A stretch of DNA of 39,437 bases, from the NCBI GenBank assembly GCA_001642005.1, contig LWCA01000216.1:1-39437 (forward strand), given 5' to 3'. A model generated the notes under the pieces. It saw only the letters and a list, made by a program, of their open reading frames with translations, was not told the origin of the DNA and did not search any database. The stretch comes from Intoshia linei (taxonomy: Eukaryota; Animalia; Orthonectida). Positions within the stretch are counted from its first letter, which is position 1; every line of letters begins with the position of its first letter. Shown here one piece after another: positions 1-11,507 of this stretch. Made by a program: the position numbers and the translations under genes.

Positions 1-79
1 ACGCAATTTTTAAATTTCAAATTTTCATTTTCAAAACATTTTGTATAAACTTTAATTAAATTTTAACACTACAGCAACG
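1..79 (+). mobile_element. Helitron-like family A fragment at the window edge
   Basis: Reverse complement matches about 5375-5447. Confidence 0.6.
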
Positions 80-867
80 TATTTATAATATCAAATAACT
101 TATTGTTTGAAAATGCCAAAAAGAAAAGTAACATTCACCAGAAAAAAGGTCAAAAGTATGAAGATGAGACGTCTCAATAAGATCATGATGTCAGAAATAG
201 GTTAGATAACAATTGTTTTTTTAATTAATCAAAGGTTTACCAACATTAAGTTATTCTCAACCCGATTTTTTGAGCGAAGCGCAGCGTGTTATGCAATTTT
301 GCTGTATACGAAATTTTTATTTGGAGGCTCTCTTTTACTGTGGGAGTCTCTTTTTCAAAAAATAATAACAGTTTACTTACAATTTTTATTGCAAATTTCA
401 AAATGAATACGTTAAATTTTTCATAACATATAGCAAATAGCACATTTCAAAATGACTTCATGATGAATACTTTAAAGAAAAAAAACAAAATATGGGTAAT
501 GGAATAAAATTAACTGCTAAAGATAAAAGTCTTTCACCATAGAGAAAAAAATTATAAAATATAAATAAAATATGTCTGATCTGATGATTTTTATTGAAAT
601 TAAATTACCCTGTGAAATATCACTTAACCCTGAGCCCTAAATTGAATTTGAAAACTCGAATTCTCAGGGGGAAAATAACGCAGTTGGCAACCCTGATTAA
701 TCATCATAATGTATTCATTCTGATATACATTTAGAAAAATTTTCAGTAGAATTATATAAAGTTATGATCTACGGTAATACATTTTTGTAGCCTTACTTTA
801 ATGGGATCGTAAAAGTGATTTGAACCATAATAGATTTAATTTTTAATGCTAAAATTAGATATATCCG

Positions 868-919
868 CCCTCGGCAGAGCTAGGTGCTGTTTGTACAAAG
901 TACAAACCAGCCAAGCTAG
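868..919 (+). repeat. Helitron 3' terminus (family B), dispersed ~50-bp repeat
   Basis: CCCTCGGCAGAGCTAGGTGCTGTTTGTACAAAGTACAAACCAGCCAAGCTAG|T. Related copies at about 10639-10689(+), 10940-10995(-), 16365-16414(+), 20331-20368(-), 22375-22422(-), 22612-22663(-), 23427-23478(-), 37932-37982(+). Confidence 0.8.
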
Positions 920-981
920 TTTTCAGATATTTATCTTAATGATCAAAAACGCAAATTATTATTTTACTACCCAATATTTAG

Positions 982-3900
982 CAAATGACGAATAAAATAC
1001 TGGTAAACGTTAAAAAATGGATAATTATGTTGTTGAATTAAAAATCTAGTTTAAATTAAAACTGTAAAAATGATTGATAAGTGCTGAATCTGTGGATCAA
1101 TGAATGGGAAATTAAGTTTTGTGGATATTATTTAATTTACAATAGTATTTAGGCTGTAAGATTTAATCATTCCAGTTAAGATTATATGTAAAGACAAGTA
1201 TGACACTTAATTATTATAATTATAAAATATCCTTATATCTAATTAAAAAGTTTTAAAATGAACTCAAATTCAAATATCAGAAAAAAACACTCTTCTGTAT
1301 TTATAATATAAATAAAATTATTAATACGTTTTTAGGTATCATTTGGAGGTTTAGCAAACAAAAGAAAATATGGAAGGAAAGGATCAATGGTTGAATTAAT
1401 TTTTGACTATTAATATAATTTTTTAGTATTCCCTAGTTAGTGATGATACTCAAAACATTGTTAAATCGAATCATAACACTTTAAGGAAACAAATCTCCAA
1501 GAGCACGTAAATAAATTTTTGGTCATAATAAACGTCTTCTAGAACCATGTTACAATACGTCAGTGTCGGTCGCAATTTGTTTAAATTATTAGAAGAAACT
1601 ATAAACGACGACAAGGCTGATTATGTAATAATAATAATAAAAATAATATACATATAAACTTTAATATTATAAATATACTACATTAGCAAAACCCAACTGT
1701 TGAAATATTAAATGATCCATGCTTTACTGAAGAACCGCATTCTTCAGATGATAAAATACCATATCTGCCTGTATTTTGTAGTATAACCAATGATAATGTA
1801 GACGATATTCCAAGGTAAACTAATTTTTATCTGCATTCCATCTACAATGTAGATTCAACCTACAATATTTAATATAAATTGTAATTATAATGCAAATAAA
1901 TTTAATTTTTTTAGAGAAATAATTTATCGCCAACTATGTATTGTTGATTGGTTTTTGGAAGCCATGAATCAGGTTTTGTCATTGTTACATAATTACAATA
2001 AATTAACAATATTAGGAACCTCCAAGTTTGAATGTAAACATTTTGAAATACTGGAATGTAGAGTTGAATTTATTAAAATATCATTAACATTATAATTCTT
2101 TAGTAATAAAGATATTGATTTTTTAAATATCCAATTTTGCAAAGAAATCGATCAAAAATGGAAATTGTTTTTATCTCAAGAACACAAGGAATTGAAAGTA
2201 TTAATAAATCTATCATTCATGAAGATTGATGATTTTTATTAATTTTTAATTTACGATTAATAATAATAATAAGAAAATAATTTAATTAATTTTTTTCCCA
2301 AAATCCCAGTCTTTTTCCAAGTCATTTTTATAATTATTGGTACTTTTTCTATTTGTTTGGTATAAACAAAATATATCCTTTTTCTAGATACCACCTAAAT
2401 TCAGTTTGATTCAGACGCTAAAAATGACTTGGAATGAGACTAAATATCTACATACCGGACCATATTTGCAATTTATATGCTTTAAAAAATTTATTTAAAA
2501 TTAATCATACTAACTTGTACTTAATAGAATAGAACCAATTCAAGAAACATACTGCAAAAATTTAGCAAGACTTTCCAAAAAACTAACAAATTTACAGATC
2601 TTTTGAAAAAAGCAAACCTTATATCACAAAGTTCAAAAGATTTAAATATGCCTAATAAACAATATAACTTAAGAAAATCTTTTTCAGGTATGTATTAATA
2701 TGTACCATAATAATGATAATGGGTACATTTTTCGAAAATTATCATGAAATTGATTTTCTCATGATGTGCCATTAAAAAATCTAGTTTTAAAGTTCTAACA
2801 TTAATATTTCATTTTGTATGTTTTTTAAACTACATTAAGCTTTTTAGTTTAAACTTTATAGCATTAATTCAAAATTTTTGTAACTATCGATTTCCAAATT
2901 TAATTTAAATGTAAATTTACTAAATTTTAATTTTATAATATTTGATTATATAAGATTAGTTTTTTTAATAAGCTAAAAAATATTCGTAAAAATTTATGCG
3001 AACCATAAAACATAGCTGTAACCCATTAGTGGTTCACATGAACCATATTCCCAATCACTGATAAATTATTCAATTATATTTAATTTAAATAGGATCTGAC
3101 AAAAATCAAAACAATGGAAGGAACTGTGAGAAATTTTCTAAATCTTCAGTAGTAACGGCAACTTCCAAAAGTACTAAAAAAGATTCAATGTTGAATAAGA
3201 ATAAAAAATTGAAAAATCCATTAATTGAATTGCCTTCCACTAAGAAAAGTGACTTGGCTTTGTTGATAAAAAAAAAATTTGAAAAAGTAGAGCGTGAAAA
3301 TTCATTGAACCTATATAGTGAATTTAACAAATGGGACGCGTAATTAAATGATTGAATAATGTAAATTAGTTAAGTTAAGCCATAATTTAAAATAATTATG
3401 TACCCTATTAGTACACTGGTCCTGCAATTCTTCCTTTTTATCAAATAATAGATCAAATATATGTCAGAGTCATGAAACATCAACAGGGACCCTGAACAGA
3501 TGAAAATTATCGCTCCCGATCTATAAATTAAGCTTTAATTTAACTGAATTTAATCAGTATACTTCAAAAAAAATTATATTAATGGATCCAGGAAGGTGTT
3601 AACCTTAAACTCATGTTGTTAAAATATAGGGTAATTTACTTAAAAAATGCTTGGTATAATCAATATAACTTTTTAATGTAAGATAATTTTGACGTAATTA
3701 AGAAATTTTCCATAATTACATATTATTTTAGAATAGTATGCCCGTCATATGACCCCTATTTGTTTCTTCGTGGCCCTACCGAAAGTGTCATCTTTAATAG
3801 ATTTGGATACAGAATATATAAAAGAATATCAGTAGTTTTTCAAATTGATCCGTCCAATGTTTTCGACAATTTGTACCAATGACCCAGAGCCGAACCTACA

Positions 3901-4988
3901 ATGCTCGAGCTCCCTGACAATTAAAAATAAGCCACTGAAAAGTTTTTACAGACAATATGTAATGCAATATACTTCTTAGTCACCTCGCCACGGGTCTGGG
4001 CTTGACAGTTAAGATATTGACGAATAAAATATTTTTATATGCTCTATTGGCAAGATGGTGTTTCCATTTTACAAATATTTTGGCGAGTCCATGATTACCG
4101 TAGGTTCGACTTTTCGTTACATTTCCCATTTGCGAAATAAAAGTGCACGGTTAATTTCATCCAAACCTTGTTATTGTCTCATTTGCCTATAAAAAACACT
4201 GACCACGTTTTTACTAGTGGTGAGATTAGTCGTATATCTCAGTTGTACCAGCATTAGTCGATGTCAAATCTAAGTCAATGATATATGATAATTTGTAAAA
4301 TATCACCGGTGTATTTTGTATTGATTTGTAATTCGCGGGTCGGATAGAATTCAATTTGTGGCCGTAGTTTGGTGGCCACTGCTTTAGAGTATATTGTTTA
4401 CTCTACACGGCCATATTCTACCAACGGTCGTTTTGAATATATACTATTTGCATTAATATTAATTCTATAATAGTGAAAAACTCCGTGTTTTATCTTGTCG
4501 TATAAATCACATAAGAACACATTACATTGATTTTAACAAAGCAGTGGAACATATGAAACGCAAATCAGATTTAAATGAAAAAATAAGCTTAGCCTCACAA
4601 TCCTGCGAAACCCACGAAAAATGGTAATATCAATAAAATTGTAATGTAATTTTGTACATTTAGGTTTCTAAATTTAATAAAAACCTTGAAAAAATACAGT
4701 AAAGACACTAGATTTGAAAGTATTTTGGAATGTCTAAATAAATATGCTAAAGTAATCTTCAACATAATTTCAATCTTAAAAACAAAATTTTAGATTGGTT
4801 CTCAAGTAAATATAAACATTTACAGACTAGATAGAATAATTTCTCTAATGCCCATTTGGCAACTGTTTATGCCAGATGTTATTTCAAGTTTTTATTTTTG
4901 TTCTGAAAACATTATGAATCTACCAAAGAAAGACATTGATGAAACTCTAAATAAAAAATATATTCAATTTATAAACCAAGCTGAGTAA
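982..4988 (+). CDS. CCDC60: CCDC60-like coiled-coil domain protein, multi-exon; 5' end unresolved
   Basis: Manual splicing: exons approx. 982-1002(?), 1336-1389, 1427-1506, 1543-1624, 1687-1814, 1915-1972, 2016-2062, 2104-2197, 2388-2467(?), 2533-2687, 3093-3339, 4474-4623, 4664-4751, 4794-4988 (TAA). Peptides LQYVSVGRNLFKLLEET, EIIYRQLCIVDWFLEAM, KWFLNLIKTL and MPIWQLFMPDVISSFYFCSENIMNLP match, in order, the CCDC60 motifs as I recall them (VKIGRGYF, RQLCALHWLLEAL, HWYFDLL, LRIWELCSPDIAVAIEFVREHIIHMP). Confidence 0.7.
3735..4381. mobile_element. Degraded Charlie-like element with a nested MITE (3885-4114) in a CCDC60 intron
   Basis: Right end GGCCGTAGTTTGGTGGCCACTG followed by cttTAgag; left end eroded. 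Confidence 0.5.
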
Positions 4989-5030
4989 TTTATTTTCTAC
5001 ATTTTGTTTATAATAAATTTTTATTCCAAT

Positions 5031-5958
5031 AATTCCAATTGTTTCTTTTCTAACCCATTTCCTAAAATAATTTCAACCATTTTAAGAGCACATGGTTTAA
5101 TTCAAATTTCTCCAATTCTGTGAGGCTTTTTTTGTTTGGCTATTTGTAATGATACTACATATGATGCTTCAACAACATTTTCCTTTAATTTAAAATATGA
5201 TCCAGAATCTATTTTTTCCTTTTTTAAATTATGACCACAATATTCAAAATAGCTTGAGTCTTTGCTCTTGTTTGATTTGAGTTTTTGTCATTTTATGTTA
5301 AATTTGAAACAATTAAAAGTAAAAAAAATAACACGTTTATAAGTTAGTATCAAAATTGAAATTTTATAAATTCCTTGCTGTAGTATTATAATTTAAATTT
5401 TATATAAAATGTTTTGAAAATGAGAATTTGAAATTTATATATTGCGTAGCAATGAAAAAAATTACGAAGGAATGAATTATATAGATTTTTACCCATATTT
5501 CTTTATTGGAAATGTGTAGAGGTTCAACGTACATTTTTTGAAATTGTAGGATCCATATTTACATTTTCAATTTTTATTTTAATCGAAATATTTGAAAAAT
5601 ATTGGTTGATAATATATTAAAAATTATTTTTCACCGGGAATGCGTAGATTTCTGTGGTTGAAATTTTGTATTTATATCAACTGGAATAAGCTCTATCAGA
5701 ATAATCTTTTTTTTAAATTTTCGGACAGTTAATTATTTCACATTTTTTGTTTTACATTGTTGATAAAATATTTCGGAAAAAAATATATGTGGATAACACA
5801 CACAAACAGATATTGCGTAGCATATTATATAAGTCAGGATGGATAATAACTGAACTTCTTTTTTTAATTTTGAAAATTAACTTTGGTTTACAAATTTTTT
5901 TTTTAATTTTCAATTTTCCCCCTCAAAATAGTAAAATTCCCCTTTTTGAGAACCACTG
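5031..5958 (-). mobile_element. Buster/Charlie-type hAT relic: 5' TIR plus N-terminal transposase fragment, interrupted by a Helitron
   Basis: TIR CAGTGGTTCTCAAA on the minus strand from 5958. Bases ~5310-5031 translate KDSSYFE..LKKEKIDSGSY..VVEASYVVSLQIAKQKKPHRIGEI*IKPCALKMVEIILG, the typical Buster ASY..IAK.KKPHTI.E.LIKPC motif. Confidence 0.85.
5374..5839 (-). mobile_element. Helitron-like family A copy (internally deleted), nested in the Buster relic
   Basis: Shares several hundred bp with 20520-20920; 5' end A|TCCTGACTTATATAATATG at 5839. Confidence 0.75.
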
Positions 5959-6346
5959 CCATGATGTACATACTTATGTATGTGATAATTTTAAACTTAA
6001 CCCTGTTAGGAATATTTGTTATTTTAAAATATGATTTGTTGTAAAATTTAAAATAAGCTGTGGAATTGCATTATTTATTACACCACATGTCATTTTTGAA
6101 TAATGTATAGTTTCTAGATACTTTAATCTATTAACTTAATAATTAAGGCTAAATTACACAAGAAATATTGATTGAAATTGTGATTTTATAAATTATTGAT
6201 ATTATCTATCTCACGAGTACTTGCGATCAAAGTTGCCAGATTAAAAAGCAAGCTGCGATAGATTCTCAAAGAGTTAAACAATAATGTAACCATAATAAAT
6301 TAAAATTTAATATATAATAACATTATGAACGATAATATACAAATTT

Positions 6347-7703
6347 TTATTTGGAAACAACATGTAAAATTTTATCGGCTAGCTGCAGATAATAAAAAGT
6401 CTGTGCTATTCCAAATAGTGGTGCAATGACGATACATCTATGAATTTATAAACCTTTATATACTTTTAAATAACCTGGCTAAACCGCCTTTAAAAAAAAC
6501 TGGAATTTTTTCATATTTATATAATTTTCTAAATTAAATATTAATAAAGAAATTCCATTTAAATACATAAAACAATCTCGTATGCCTGTATAAGAATATT
6601 CTCCCTTCTTTTTTGTCAAGGTTTGCAATCTAGTTTTAACAACTATTTTGTAATAAAATGTGTATATTATAATATAATTTATTAATACCGTCTAAAGGGT
6701 TGGCAATGAGAGCGGATACACATCCAGCTGTGCACCCTGATATAAATGACCAATAAAAGGGGGATTTTTTTGTTTTTTCATTATATTTCTAAATTACAGT
6801 TTAAATAAATCATTTAATGGTTAATATTATTAATTTTACCAGTAAATTCATTTGTGCAAAAAAAGGAAAATAAATGGCTGAAAATAGAACGTCTCTTAGA
6901 GCAGTAATTCTGAATCCCTTGTAAATACCAAAAAAACCACGTTTTTTTAATAAATCAATTGCAATTTGTCGAGCGTAAAGTTTTTTATGGTTTCGACTTC
7001 CTTGTCCATTTACTAAACAGTAAATGTACATTTCACAATTATTTCATGTATAATATGACAAAAACCAACTTTTTCGATCGGCATCCTGAAGTTGAATTTT
7101 CAACAACTCCATTGGAGTTGTAACTATTATTTGGCATAAACCAGCTAAAGCACCAGACAAGACACCGCACGGAATTTTATAATCTTTGATTCTAAAATAT
7201 TCATGTTATATTAATACATTACTGTCTTACTATATATCTCACTCGGAATAAAATAAAAATTTACCTAGATTTAAAAAAATAATTACGAAATGTATCATTT
7301 GCAACCAATTTAATGGCTTTCTCGGGCGCTATAAATATTGCATTCACGCAATAACCTAATTAATTAAATTACAAATAAATTACATTTCATTTACCTCTAT
7401 ACAATCCTACCATTTTTTCAGTTTTAAATGTTTTGTACAAGCAATCAAACCTGTATAACATAAATTTAAGTTAAAATATATTTTACACATTCTTGTATGC
7501 ACTTGATCCCGCGTTTTGATTTTGAATTCTGGTTTTAGCTAAATCCAATGGAAAAACACATGTCACTCCAACGATTCCAGCAATACCGCCATTCAAAACC
7601 TTCAATAGTACTCTAATAATTTAACCATTTACGTTATACATTTATATGCATTTATACGGATTAAAAATTACGGATGATGTGCATTTTGACTCTTGTTTAA
7701 CAT
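6347..7703 (-). CDS. SLC25A22: Mitochondrial glutamate carrier (SLC25A22/SLC25A18, GC1-like), multi-exon
   Basis: ATG at 7703. Spliced peptides [75 protein letters not shown] and [17 protein letters not shown]; three PX[D/E]XX[K/R] carrier repeats. TAA ends at 6347. Confidence 0.93.
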
Positions 7704-8719
7704 GCTTCAATTTTCAATATTTGTCAAAATAAAGATTATAGGATTGGGTTTATTTGATAAAAATTTAATATAAAGGTTGTGTACATTTACATTATTCGTG
7801 TTAAAATACTTTTGATGGAATTTTGTTGCAAACTAGTAAACTGTTCTAAATAAATGTAATATTGTATACATTGCAGTTATAGTTATTCCCAGTTTTCTGG
7901 TTTATTTGTGGGTAGTTTTATAGATCTTTTAATTACTTAGATTATTCAAGTTTACAGTTTAAGTTAATAATTAAATTTAATTCATTAGAGAAGTTAAAAA
8001 TGTTCTACTATATTTAGACTACATTTTAATTATACGTATAACTTAAATGCTGCAGTGTTTTATTGCCTTAAATTGTAATTTCGAAATTTGAATATGCATT
8101 TTTATCAGTTGTATCAACGTTGGTTTTGTATTTATATTATAACAATTGGAACTATATTATAAAAATTTTAAAACTGATTTATTGTCATGTATAATACATT
8201 ATATTGAAATTTGTAGATATTTTATAAATCATACGATATTCCTTATGTGAATTGAATTACACTGTAGTACAAAGTTTATCAGCTGAAAGATTACTACTGT
8301 TTAATTAATAAAATCTACGTAAAAAATTTTATCTAGCTCAACTGGAATAAGGATATAACTGTTTCAGAACAATATTTTTTTTGTTTCTAGGATATTAATT
8401 ATAATTAATAGTAATTAACAGTAATTAACACATAAGACTTATGATAAGTGCTTATTTTATGTTTTTTATTTTACTGTTAATGAATTGTTATGCTGACCAT
8501 TAAGGTTTAACTTCATGATTTTTACCACATCTGTATTAGATGTGGTCTTTTTTTAAATTATAAGGCAATTAGTTTTTCCATTTTTCAAAATAATGGGTAA
8601 TTTGTGGTTTAGATGTGAAGATACAAATTTTTGAGGTTGCAATTTATAATAGCGCTCTCGATTTTAAATTCGTATCAGATGTATATTTCTTTTTAATTCT
8701 AAAATAACTTTTATTTAAT

Positions 8720-9462
8720 AATTTAAGTGCCCTTTTTGTTTTTTGTCAAGTTAAAGTTCTGCAATGTTAAGAGTACAGGGTTTGATCAACGTTTCCGATG
8801 GTATGATGCTTTTTTTGTTTAGAAAACAGGTAAGAAACATGATATTATGCCTCTACAATTTTGTTACATTGAGAAGAAATGATAAATTGTCAACTGTTCC
8901 ACCTATATTGAAACGTCTTATTTTTTGAGCGATAACTTTAACACTGTCAATGAGGTTTAAGTTTATTATATTCTCATAATTACGTAGGAGGTTTGGATTT
9001 TTGCTATTATTGCATAAAACGCCGAAAAGTAAATGCACTGAGGTTTTTCGGTTTCATCTCCATCATTACGACAGGTAAAACAAAATTGTAGGTAATTTTT
9101 ATTTCATTGTCATCTTTTAGACATCCTTAGAAAAGGTTAAAAACTCTATGATAATTTATATATTAAAATACATAATTTGTATACCATAAAAAATTTGAAA
9201 ATATAAAATTAATTTGATTATTAAATACTTTAATGATTGTGAATAAATTCTATGAGCGTTAATTATTAACTTAACTTAATAAGTATTACCAAGATGAAAT
9301 TATGTCTTACATTGAAATCTTTTTGTTGATAATAAAAATATCAACTATGTAATTTCACTCATTTAGAAAAATAATTAATTATTTTATATATGTAATTAAA
9401 AAAAATGAAAATAGCTCTGTGCACCCAAAAATTGATTATGCACCCCCGGTTAAGAACCACTG
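8720..9462 (-). mobile_element. Second Buster-type hAT relic: TIR plus frameshifted transposase N-terminus
   Basis: TIR CAGTGGTTCTTAACC from 9462, flanked by ctcTAagg (NNNTANNN target). ATG at 9124: MSKR*Q*NKNYLQFCFT..EKPQCI / VLCNNS.. / VEA*YHVSYLFSKQKKHHTIG / ETLIKPC, with stops and frameshifts. Confidence 0.82.
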
Positions 9463-9616
9463 CTCTAAGGTGTCGCGAACTGTAAAATTAAAAAATTTAG
9501 AATTATGATTTTGAAGATAACTTTTGTTAGAATTCGTGAATCAAGAAAAAAATGACCTTTTACTACTTATTTTGATAAAATCTAATTGATTTAAGCTAGA
9601 TTAAATTAGATTTTTC

Positions 9617-10445
9617 TAGTGATTGTGCCCTGGAAAAAACCGGGACAAAATTACCTGAAAATTAAATTTCCCGGTATTTTTACGATTTCCCATAAAAAAT
9701 TGAGACATACCTGTATTTGATTTATGTTTGTTATTACTATGAAAATATGATTATATTTAATATATAAAATTTACCATTTCAAAAATCCCACCACTAATAA
9801 AATTTAATCAAAAATACGATTTTACGAAATCTTATGAAAAAAATCCACTTCATCAAACCATAACTAAAAAATCTAATTTTCCAGCCCTTAATGAAAAAAT
9901 ATCATTTTTCTAATATTTTTTTAAAAACCTCTTATTCCAACCACAAATTACTAAAGCTTAAGGGAATTATCCTTTTTTTCGAATATTATTTTGAAAAATA
10001 TTATTAGTTGTTACGAACTTGAACGCTATCATCAAGATTGTTAAAATTAAAGGAAGCCCTTATGACCGTTCAACCTATTATATATGAACAACTCAATATA
10101 TAATGAAAGAAATTTCTCTACTGCTTCTAATTTCGTTACAAAACCTAGAACGCGTTTTAAAGACGAATCTATCAATATTATGTGTGTTTTGAAACACTTT
10201 TTCAACAATCTAAAATAAATAAATTTTTTTCTAATTAAATTTGTAAATTTCAATTTAGATTCGTGTTATTTCATTAATTAAATTTCGTTTATAAAATTAA
10301 TTACAGTTTCTAAAATTTTTAATGCTTCTATATTATATATGAATAAAAATTTTTTATTTCTCCAAATTAAAATTTTAAATTTAAATTAAAAATTAAATTT
10401 CCCGGTTCTCGACTATTGTCATTTCCCGGGAAATCACAATAACTA
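9617..10445. mobile_element. Ac-type hAT non-autonomous element, 829 bp
   Basis: TIRs TAGTGATTGTG / CACAATAACTA (10/11); TSD gatttttc / tatttttc (7/8); subterminal CCCGG repeats at both ends. Confidence 0.8.
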
Positions 10446-11507
10446 TATTTTTCAGTTTCAATGTGATTCAAACGGTTAAAACAAGACATATAGTTATACA
10501 ATTATATTATATTAATTATATTATATAATAAAAAACGGATAATTATACATTCAATTATATTTTTTTAAAGCGTTTTTTTACTATCTACTTTTCAGTTTTC
10601 TGGAATAAAACTTTTATATGACAATATATACAAGCTTCCCCTCGACAAGGCTACCTACTGTTTGCATTTCTTTTAAACAGACAAGCTAGTTTGTGTAATA
10701 AATCCTTCAGTTTTACTTCTTTCTTTCTTTTGTTTGCTTTACAAATACCACTACTCACCAAGAGTATACTGAATCACTATACTATAAAGTTTATAGTATA
10801 AACGACTGATTCATGAGACATTAAATCAGTTTTTTTTCAGCCTGTGCGCCCCAGTCAATTTAAGTGACAATATCAATAAAATGACTATATAATTGTATAT
10901 TATAACTACATATAATAATGTAGTTTGATTTTTACTAGACTAGACTTGACCAGATTACTTCGTACAAAAAGTACCTAGCTCTCCTGAGGGCGGATTTTTT
11001 AATGATACCAAAAAAATAATCCACATATCATATATGGCAGTAATAAAATTAAATAAAATTCACCTTTAACAACTAGTCCATGGTTCGCTTAATCTGTCGC
11101 TACATTATGATAAAAGCTATTTTTGCCCAAGAATGAGTAAATTTGTGAGGTTGATATTTTTTTGTCTAGAATCTATATCATGAATGGGTCCCAGAATGGG
11201 TTCCCTAACTTATTTGGTTTACCAACCCCTTTTGAGAAATATATTTTTTCAAAGCCCCCAATCGCCCACTTTGATCTAGATCAACTGGAATAATTGTTAT
11301 TTTTAATATATAAAAAATTTAAATTATTTCAGCACGTCTAATTATAATTAATATTAATTATTAGTCCAATAAAAATATATTTTTGAACTAGCCACTTTAC
11401 TACATACATAAATTTAATAAAATAACATTTCGTAAATCAAAATAGAAAATAAATTAAACATAAGATCCAATTTATATAAATTTCTAATTGTAATGAATAA
11501 AAAACAT

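Noticed and set aside
113-200. Candidate first exon MPKRKVTFTRKK... of CCDC60
   Set aside because: I could not join it in frame to the downstream exons, so it is left out of the gene model.
3106-3330. 74-aa minus ORF; likewise 17343..17591, 11414..11668, 31485..31712 and 15601..15807
   Set aside because: Antisense or alternate-frame shadows of real exons, or exon-plus-intron read-through.
7192-7264. Possible micro-exon within a 73-nt SLC25A22 intron
   Set aside because: A 7-nt exon would break the frame, and the protein aligns at normal length without it.
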